Made by a program: the position numbers and the translations under genes
Notes under the pieces: generated by a model
Database searches by the model: none
What the model was told of the DNA's origin: nothing
The model's input: only the letters and a program-made list of their open reading frames with translations
Shown: one piece after another, positions 57,096 to 64,000 of the stretch
Layout of the letters: each line of letters opens with the position of its first letter
How positions within the stretch are numbered: the stretch's first letter is position 1
Assembly: GCA_963663475.2 (NCBI GenBank)
Contig: CAXXJV010000001.1
Location: 1,504,001-1,568,000, forward strand
DNA: 64,000 nt
Direction of reading: 5' to 3'
Origin: Candidatus Cloacimonadales bacterium
Lineage (GTDB): Bacteria; Cloacimonadota; Cloacimonadia; Cloacimonadales; JAFGVF01

Positions 57096-57434
57096 TTATT
57101 CTACAGTGAAAGTAGTAGATTTTTCACCTCTTTTGTTACATTCTACTATGATTTTAACTTGGTCACCTAACTTTAAGTCTGGGATTCGATAAATTAACCG
57201 CCCACCCTCTTTTGTTTCTTGTTGGCTAATAAGCTGTGAGATGATTTCTTTATCATTAACTTCAATTTCAACCTCTTTAATAAAATGATCAGCAGCATCC
57301 CTAACCTTGTGTTCAAAATTAACTGTTAGTAATTTTGTTTCCTGATCATAAGTAGCTGTAACTTCTTGAGCTGAATGGGCAAATAAACCACCCATTAAAA
57401 TAGTAAACAGGGTAACTAGTATTAATTTTTTCAT
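57096..57434 (-). CDS. Small exported protein, possibly metal-binding (desulfoferrodoxin/SoxZ-like fold)
   Basis: Signal peptide ending LFA-H; H..(FEHKV)..DHFI..C pattern. Confidence 0.55.
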   Translation of the reverse strand: MKKLILVTLFTILMGGLFAHSAQEVTATYDQETKLLTVNFEHKVRDAADHFIKEVEIEVNDKEIISQLISQQETKEGGRLIYRIPDLKLGDQVKIIVECNKRGEKSTTFTVE

Positions 57435-57670
57435 TAGTTTTCTCCTCTTTTTTTAAAGATTTGTGATTTTATCCATTTCCAATTGAAACTTATATGTAAA
57501 ATAGCAAATAATGCAAATAAGATTCCTGCTGTTTCATGTATTTCTCCAACTATTTCATCCCCATTTAATGCTGAGGGAATGAAGGCATATAGAAGGGCAC
57601 TTGTGATTGCTGTAAGAAAAGCAAAAAAAAGTAGAATATTTATTACGATAAGAATTTTTTGTTTTTTCAT
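57434..57670 (-). CDS. DUF4405-like small membrane protein
   Basis: Two TM helices; IHE.AG......ILHI..NWKWI motif. Confidence 0.7.
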   Translation of the reverse strand: MKKQKILIVINILLFFAFLTAITSALLYAFIPSALNGDEIVGEIHETAGILFALFAILHISFNWKWIKSQIFKKRGEN

Positions 57671-57857
57671 TTAAGCTCCTTATAAACTCAAATGTTGCAG
57701 TAGATTTTTTAGAATTTTCATTCTTCATAAAAGCTCTACGGCTCCATTTTAGATTAATTTATAACATAATAATTGTTTAAGAGCAAAAAGCAAGTTTTTG
57801 AAGAATTTTTAATCTATTTAGGTACTGGTCGTCATAGCTCTGGTGTCTAATTTTGGT

Positions 57858-57890
57858 AAAAAAAAAGAGGCGAAATTACTTTCACCTCTT
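57858..57890 (-). terminator. Terminator of the hydrogenase operon
   Basis: A-run plus aagaggcgaaa-ttac-tttcacctctt. Confidence 0.8.
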
Positions 57891-57909
57891 AATTACTATT
57901 TAATACTGT

Positions 57910-59697
57910 TTAGTGTTTTTCATCTAAGCCAGTAGTTTGTTTTTCAACATGACCTTTAAATTTATCTCTACCGAAGTAGTAAGTATGAAGTAAGTCATGA
58001 GCTTTATGTGAACCTGGTTTTTCTAAGTAATCTTTATAGATTTTAGTGATTTCAGGGTTGTGATGTGAGCATCTGAAGTCCATATTAGCATCTTCTTTAT
58101 AAAGAGCTTCACCTCTTCTAGCACGTTGTGAAATACCATTACCGAATGGTTGTCCACCACCACCAACACAGCCACCAGGGCAAGCCATGATTTCAACAAA
58201 GTGATATTCAGTTGAACCAGTTTCCTTGATTTGTTGCTGGATTTTGTCCATAACTTTTCTAGCATTACCAAGTCCGTTAGCAACAGCAACTTTAACATCA
58301 CCGAAACCAGGGATTGTGATAACAGCTTCTTTAACACCTTTAAGTCCACGAACTGCTTCAATGTTTGGATTCTCTAAATCTTCACCAGTTACTAAGAAGT
58401 AAGCAGAACGGATTGCAGCTTCCATAACACCACCAGTTGCACCAAAGATAGTACCAGCACCAGTATAGAAACTCATTCCTTCATCAGGTTTAGCTTCTTG
58501 TATGTTTTGGAAGTCTATACCTGCTTCATGAATCATTCTTAGGAATTCACGGGTTGTAAGAACGATATCAGTATCAGGAACACCATCACGAGCTAATTCA
58601 GGTCTTTGAGCTTCAAACTTTTTAGCAGTACAAGGCATGATAGCAACAGAAACTATATCTTTTGGATCTAAACCATGAACTTCAGGATAGTAAGTTTTTG
58701 ATAAAGCACCAAACATAGACATTGGTGATTTAGCTGTTGATACATAAGGAGTTAAGTCTGGATAGTAAGTCTCAACAAATTTAACCCAACCAGGAGAACA
58801 AGAAGTAATCACAGGTTTGCCTGTATGTTTTTTAAGGTTCTCAACACACTCTGTACCTTCTTCCATAATGGTAAGGTCAGCAGTGAAGTTAGTGTCCATA
58901 ACTGAATCAAAACCAAGAGCTCTTAAAGCTGCATACATTTTACCAGGAGTAACTGTACCCATATCCATACCAAATTCATCACCTAAAGATGCACGAATTG
59001 ATGGAGCTTCTTGAACCACAACGTGTTTTGTTGGATCTAAAAGAGCATCCCATACTTTATCAGTATCGTCTTTTTCTCTTAAAGCACCTGTTGGACAATA
59101 AACAGTACATTGACCACAGTTTACACAAGAACTGTTACCAATACCCCAGCTCATAGCTGTATCAACATGAGCTTCAAAACCACGATCAGCAAAAGTTAAA
59201 GCATAAACAGTTTGAATTTCATTACATACAGTGATACAACGACCACAATTAATACATTTATTAGTATCTCTTACTATAGAAGGACTTGAATAGTCAATAG
59301 GCTTCATTTCTAATAATTTAGGAACTTTTTCCATATCGATATCCATAGTGTAAGCTAATTGTTGAAGTTCACACTTTCCATTAGCAACACAGGTAGGACA
59401 TTTAACATCGTGATTAGCAAGAACTAATTCTAAAATAGTCTTTCTTAATTCTCTTAATTCTTTACTATTAGTTGTAACTTTCATTCCTTCTGTTACAGGA
59501 GTAGCACAAGCTCTTTTAGGAACGCCATAGCCTTCTACATCACAAACACAAATACCACATGCAGCTGTAGGTGCTAAGTCAGGATGCCAACATAAAGAAG
59601 GAACTTTAAAACCGGCTTTTAAGGCTGCCTGAATAATTGTTGTACCTTCTGGAACCTCTACAGGGATATTATTGATTGATAAATTAATCATTTTCAT
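57910..59697 (-). CDS. hndD: [FeFe] hydrogenase catalytic subunit (group A)
   Basis: H-cluster motifs TSCSPGW, MPCTAKKFE, EIMACPGGCVGGGGQP; N-terminal 2Fe-2S, His-ligated and 2x[4Fe-4S] motifs. Confidence 0.93.
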   Translation of the reverse strand: MKMINLSINNIPVEVPEGTTIIQAALKAGFKVPSLCWHPDLAPTAACGICVCDVEGYGVPKRACATPVTEGMKVTTNSKELRELRKTILELVLANHDVKCPTCVANGKCELQQLAYTMDIDMEKVPKLLEMKPIDYSSPSIVRDTNKCINCGRCITVCNEIQTVYALTFADRGFEAHVDTAMSWGIGNSSCVNCGQCTVYCPTGALREKDDTDKVWDALLDPTKHVVVQEAPSIRASLGDEFGMDMGTVTPGKMYAALRALGFDSVMDTNFTADLTIMEEGTECVENLKKHTGKPVITSCSPGWVKFVETYYPDLTPYVSTAKSPMSMFGALSKTYYPEVHGLDPKDIVSVAIMPCTAKKFEAQRPELARDGVPDTDIVLTTREFLRMIHEAGIDFQNIQEAKPDEGMSFYTGAGTIFGATGGVMEAAIRSAYFLVTGEDLENPNIEAVRGLKGVKEAVITIPGFGDVKVAVANGLGNARKVMDKIQQQIKETGSTEYHFVEIMACPGGCVGGGGQPFGNGISQRARRGEALYKEDANMDFRCSHHNPEITKIYKDYLEKPGSHKAHDLLHTYYFGRDKFKGHVEKQTTGLDEKH

Positions 59698-59717
59698 CTT
59701 TACATCTCCAGATCTAT

Positions 59718-61277
59718 TTATTTAATTCTTTTTAAAAAATCATTTCTAAAGTTCAAAATTGAACTCTTAATTGGCATATTAGGTGACTGTCCAAGGGCAC
59801 AGAATGAAGACTTTAACATAGCTTCAGAAAGCATAATCATACTTTCTAAATCTTCTTCACTACCTTTACCATCTCTAATTTTACAAATAATATTATACAA
59901 CTGCTGGGTACCTAAACGGCAAGGGAAACATTTTCCACATGATTCATGGCGGAAGAAACGGAGAATTGACCACAGCATTTCTACCATATCAACCTCTTCA
60001 CTCATAACCATAATCGCACCTGAACCAAGAACAGCGGTGTACTCTTTCAAACTTTCATAATCCATTTTTACGTCAAGAAGTTTATCAGATAAAATTACAC
60101 CAGCAGCTCCACCAACTAAGGCTGCTTTGAATTTTTTACCTTTAAGCATTCCACCACCATACTTGTTTATGATGTCTCTTAAGGTAATTCCCATAGGTAC
60201 TTCTGTAAGACCTGGCATAGCTACATCACCCATCAAAGTATATACTTTTGTACCTGTAGCTCCATTAACACCTAGACTCTTATACCAATCAGCACCTTTA
60301 TTAATAATTGTAGGAACGTTAGCAATAGTCTCAACATTGTTTACTACTGTTGGAGTTTGCCAAAGCCCCTTAACTCCTGGGAATGGTGGTTTGAAACGAG
60401 GATTACCTCTGTTTCCTTCTAATGATTCAATAAGGGCAGTTTCTTCACCACAAACATAAGCACCAGCACCTACTTTAATGTCAAAATCTAAGTTGTATCC
60501 TGAATCAAAAATATTCTCACCTAAGATACCATAGGAACGACATTGGTTAATAGCATGTTTTAATCTTTCTATACAGAGCTTATATTCACCTCTAATATAA
60601 ATGAAGCCCTTGTTAGCTCCAAAAGCACGACAAGCAATCATCATACCTTCAAGAAGTTTATGAGGGTCTCCTTCCATGATTAATCTGTCTTTAAAAGTTC
60701 CTGGTTCACCTTCATCAGCATTGATAACTAAGTGTTTATTAGGTGAATCTATAGGGGCAGTAAAACTCCATTTTAAACCTGTTGGGAAACCAGCGCCACC
60801 ACGACCTCTTAAGCCTGATTCTTTAACTTCAGCAATGATTTCTTCTGGTTTCATCTCTAACAAAGCTTTTTCCCAAGCTGTATAGCCACCTGCTCCAATA
60901 TATTCCTCAATATCTTCAGGATCTATTATACCTGAGTTTTCTAATACATTTCTTTCTTTATAATTAAAGTCATATGCTTCAACTCTGTCTGTTGATGCTA
61001 GAAGTCTTTTTACTGGTCTTCCTTTTAAGAAATGTTCTTCAACTAATTCAGGAATATCCTCGACAGTAACATTTTCATAAAGTGTGTTTTCAGGATAAAC
61101 TTTAAGACAAACACCTTTAGCAAAAAAACCGAGAGGACCAGTTTCTAAAACATCAATTTCATCCTGTAAGTTTCTTTTAGCAAGTTCAGATTTTAAAGCA
61201 AGTTCAATCTTCTTAGCACCAGCTTCGATAGAAGTCTCATTGATGCCTAATAGTATGTGGCTACGATAGAATTTCAT
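59718..61277 (-). CDS. hndC: NuoF-like diaphorase subunit of the hydrogenase (short form)
   Basis: [54 protein letters not shown]...C. Confidence 0.9.
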   Translation of the reverse strand: MKFYRSHILLGINETSIEAGAKKIELALKSELAKRNLQDEIDVLETGPLGFFAKGVCLKVYPENTLYENVTVEDIPELVEEHFLKGRPVKRLLASTDRVEAYDFNYKERNVLENSGIIDPEDIEEYIGAGGYTAWEKALLEMKPEEIIAEVKESGLRGRGGAGFPTGLKWSFTAPIDSPNKHLVINADEGEPGTFKDRLIMEGDPHKLLEGMMIACRAFGANKGFIYIRGEYKLCIERLKHAINQCRSYGILGENIFDSGYNLDFDIKVGAGAYVCGEETALIESLEGNRGNPRFKPPFPGVKGLWQTPTVVNNVETIANVPTIINKGADWYKSLGVNGATGTKVYTLMGDVAMPGLTEVPMGITLRDIINKYGGGMLKGKKFKAALVGGAAGVILSDKLLDVKMDYESLKEYTAVLGSGAIMVMSEEVDMVEMLWSILRFFRHESCGKCFPCRLGTQQLYNIICKIRDGKGSEEDLESMIMLSEAMLKSSFCALGQSPNMPIKSSILNFRNDFLKRIK

Positions 61278-61732
61278 TACTTCTCTCCTTTGATGTCTTT
61301 AATAATTCTGACAACTTTTTCTTCAGTAAGGTCACCATAAATATCGTTGTTAATCATCATAACAGGAGCATTACCACATACTCCCAGACAGGCACATAAT
61401 TCTAAGGTAAACATACCGTCTGCAGTAGTCTCATTTTGTTTAATATTTAATATTTCTTTTAATTTTCTATAAATGTTATCACAACCTTTTAAATAACAAG
61501 GAGGTGACTCACATAATCTGATAATATTACGTCCACGTGGTTTCATAGAGAACATTCCGTAGAAGGTGATAACTCCATAAATGTGGTTAATTGGTACGTT
61601 TAAGTATTTTGATACAGCAAGAACAGCCTCTTCAGAAATGTATTGCTGAGGATGATTGTCTTGAATGTCATGTAAAATATAGATTAAATTATCTTTAGTT
61701 GCTTCGTATTTTTTAAATATTTCCTGATACAT
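61277..61732 (-). CDS. hndA: NuoE-like 2Fe-2S subunit
   Basis: LHDIQ, GVITFY, CESPPC...CACLGVC..APVMMIN. Confidence 0.9.
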   Translation of the reverse strand: MYQEIFKKYEATKDNLIYILHDIQDNHPQQYISEEAVLAVSKYLNVPINHIYGVITFYGMFSMKPRGRNIIRLCESPPCYLKGCDNIYRKLKEILNIKQNETTADGMFTLELCACLGVCGNAPVMMINNDIYGDLTEEKVVRIIKDIKGEK

Positions 61733-61752
61733 AAAAAATTCCTTATGGGGTC

Positions 61753-62115
61753 TTAGTCAGTTGAAATTATAAAGTCATTTACTGGGTTGCCATTTACAAT
61801 GTGTTCTGCTACAACTTTTTTAACTTTTTCGGCATTCATGTTGCCATAAGTAACACTTTTTTTGCCATCGATGATTACATCAACAACAGGTTCCATTGAG
61901 GACAGTCCTTTTTCTCCAGTTTGAGTAACTAAAACATCATGAAGCTGTCTGTTTGCTACTTCGTCTAAAAAAGCTTTCATAACTTCACGAGCACCCATAG
62001 CAATTCCAGATGTTCCCATACCTACAACAACTTTTACTCTTGTTTCACTGTTTCTTAGTTTCATGTCGTTTTGTGCTTTCTCTCTAATTTTTCTTAAATC
62101 AGCTAGAGTTTTCAT
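61753..62115 (-). CDS. hndB: HndB-like thioredoxin-fold subunit lacking Cys ligands
   Basis: VVVGMGTSGIAMGAREV, QTG....EPVVDV, VTYG, HIVNG.PV; the protein contains no Cys. Confidence 0.8.
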   Translation of the reverse strand: MKTLADLRKIREKAQNDMKLRNSETRVKVVVGMGTSGIAMGAREVMKAFLDEVANRQLHDVLVTQTGEKGLSSMEPVVDVIIDGKKSVTYGNMNAEKVKKVVAEHIVNGNPVNDFIISTD

Positions 62116-62450
62116 TATACGACCTCCTAATTTATTTATTTGTTAGTAAATTCATCCCAAAATTTATTAAATCCAAAATTATCTAAATTCCACAAAACTG
62201 TCAAATATTAAATCTACTAAGAATAAAAAATAATATTTGCTAACTGCTTAAAGAGTGATATTATATAGGTTAGGAAATAAAAAAATATCTAAAAAAATGA
62301 TAGCTAAGTCACTTTATAATTCTTTTTTTCAAGAATTAACTTAATTGCATAAAACTTGTCTTTTCCTTAAGAGAAGAAAAAAAAATACTACATTTATTGA
62401 CAGCTATATCAGATATTTTTAATAGGAACTATTATTAATAGGTGATTTTT

Positions 62451-64000
62451 ATGAAAACAATGAAAAAGACGATAATAGAAAACATTAACGACGCAATTGA
62501 AAGATATCCGAATCAGATAGCTTTGACCTGGCTTGGGGAAAAAGGTATCACATATAAAGAACTTGGTAAGAAGTATAGAAAAGTAGCTCAACTCCTTAAA
62601 GAACAAGGTATTAGATATGGCGATAAAGTCGCTATCCTCAGTGAGAATTCTCCTAATTGGGGAATAGCCTATCTAGCAATAGTTTCACTAGGAGCTGTAG
62701 TTGTACCAATATTAACAGAATTTCATGAAAATGAAATTCATCATATTCTAAGACATTCAGAAGCAAAAGCTATCTTTGTATCTAATAAGCTCTTCCCAAA
62801 ATTCGAAACTTTGTTTGGAGCTGGCAAAGATATTATAGCTATTGATATTGAAGGATTTAGTATAAAGAACCCAACTTCTGCTCTCAATAAGCTGAAAACT
62901 ATGCTCTTAGATAGACGTGATTCTATGCTAGATAAAACTGGTATTATTGGAGAAATTGCTGGATTTAAACATAAACAAGTTGATGAAAATGATATTGCCG
63001 TTATAATTTATACCTCTGGAACTACAGGTCAATCTAAAGGGGTTATGTTAACTCATAAAAACCTAATCACTAATATATTAGCCTGTTTTGATGTGCAACC
63101 AATGGATCATAATGACAGATTAATATCTATTCTTCCGCTTCCTCATACTTATGAATGCACTTTAGGTTTTCTATTCCCTTTGATGCATAATAGCAAGATT
63201 ACCTATCTAAAAAGACCACCTACAGCAAGTGTTCTTCTTCCAGCCTTAGCTAAGGTTAGGCCTACTATAATGTTAACCGTTCCTCTTATAATGGAGAAAA
63301 TCTTCAAAAATAAGATTCATCCTGCTTTAACATCCAAACCAATTTCAAGATTTCTCTACTCAATCCCTATGATAAGAAAACTACTCCATAATCTTGCAGG
63401 AAAAAAACTCTATAAATCCTTTGGTGGTCAGCTGAAATTCTACGGTATTGGTGGTGCTAAAATTGCCTCTGATGTTGAAAAATTTCTACAAGACTGTAAT
63501 TTTCCTTATTCCATAGGTTATGGTCTAACAGAGACTTCGCCACTTGTAGCTGGAGCACCACCTGCTAAAACACGCTACCGTTCTACTGGACCAGTTGTTT
63601 TTAATCTCAACTATAAGCTGATTAATAAGAACCCACAAACAGGAGAAGGGGAGATTGTTGTTAAAGGCGATAGTGTGATGAAAGGGTATTTTAAGGCTGA
63701 AGAAACTACCAAATCTGTCTTTACCGAAGATGGCTACTTTAAGACTGGAGACTTAGGACTAGTTAAACGGGGCTATCTCTATATCAAGGGAAGGTTAAAG
63801 AATGTAATTATTGGTCCTAGCGGAGAAAATATCTATCCAGAAGAAATTGAATCGATCATTAATGAAAATGAATTCGTTATTGAATCTCTTGTACTTGAAC
63901 AAGACCAAAAACTCCTTGCCAGAATACATTTGAATTATGACTATATAGATCAGATTTACGGTTCTCATGCAAATTCTGAAACTAAAATAAAAAGAGAAAT
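62451..64000 (+). CDS. Long-chain fatty acid-CoA ligase (AMP-binding), 3'-truncated by the window edge; absent from the ORF track
   Basis: Translated by hand: MKTMKKTIIENIN...GDKVAILSENSPNW...IIYTSGTTGQSKGVMLTH...GYGLTETSP...GYFKTGDLG...KGRLKNVI...GENIYPEEIE. Confidence 0.9.
   Translation, partial: MKTMKKTIIENINDAIERYPNQIALTWLGEKGITYKELGKKYRKVAQLLKEQGIRYGDKVAILSENSPNWGIAYLAIVSLGAVVVPILTEFHENEIHHILRHSEAKAIFVSNKLFPKFETLFGAGKDIIAIDIEGFSIKNPTSALNKLKTMLLDRRDSMLDKTGIIGEIAGFKHKQVDENDIAVIIYTSGTTGQSKGVMLTHKNLITNILACFDVQPMDHNDRLISILPLPHTYECTLGFLFPLMHNSKITYLKRPPTASVLLPALAKVRPTIMLTVPLIMEKIFKNKIHPALTSKPISRFLYSIPMIRKLLHNLAGKKLYKSFGGQLKFYGIGGAKIASDVEKFLQDCNFPYSIGYGLTETSPLVAGAPPAKTRYRSTGPVVFNLNYKLINKNPQTGEGEIVVKGDSVMKGYFKAEETTKSVFTEDGYFKTGDLGLVKRGYLYIKGRLKNVIIGPSGENIYPEEIESIINENEFVIESLVLEQDQKLLARIHLNYDYIDQIYGSHANSETKIKRE

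Noticed and set aside
6612-60885. Numerous short ORFs overlapping long genes (e.g. 7604, 8906, 11699, 14775-16958, 29773-32644, 51262-55615, 58023-60885) and AT-rich intergenic ORFs (33194, 46061)
   Set aside because: Antisense or off-frame shadows of well-supported genes, or low-complexity sequence without RBS or motifs.
62409-62606. 65-aa minus-strand ORF in the ORF track
   Set aside because: Antisense to the acyl-CoA ligase starting at 62451.

Overview
AT-rich bacterial chromosomal window. The gene content suggests a diderm anaerobe, most likely Cloacimonadota (inference from FlgD/T9SS-type C-terminal domains with NYPNPFNP, an M6 protease, a clostridial-type kal-crt-hbd-bcd-etfBA operon and an Hnd-type [FeFe] hydrogenase). 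Left to right it holds: GH130 and CBM9-like genes; two secreted proteins sharing a duplicated 3' module; a lysine/butyryl-CoA operon; two large secreted proteins; a PerR-type oxidative stress operon including an unannotated rubredoxin; tandem vWA lipoproteins; tRNA-Lys and tRNA-Glu; a MATE pump; a RiPP-like island; argF; an IS1182 nested inside palindromic repeats; an Mla/MCE operon; the hydrogenase operon; and a partial acyl-CoA ligase. The main find is a compact candidate RiPP locus at 38078-44812. It has an RRE(PqqD)-radical SAM-SPASM maturase, a 41-aa precursor missing from the ORF track (41974-42099, METYEKPEIIELDQMINIGAGCKTWKNDGDSCYSEIPVDPK), an ABC exporter, an outer-membrane barrel, a small secreted protein and a divergent ECF sigma factor. 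The maturase has an in-frame TGA at codon 9 of its best start. Several families of palindromic intergenic repeats are also present. All calls come from manual reading and motif recognition; no database searches were run.
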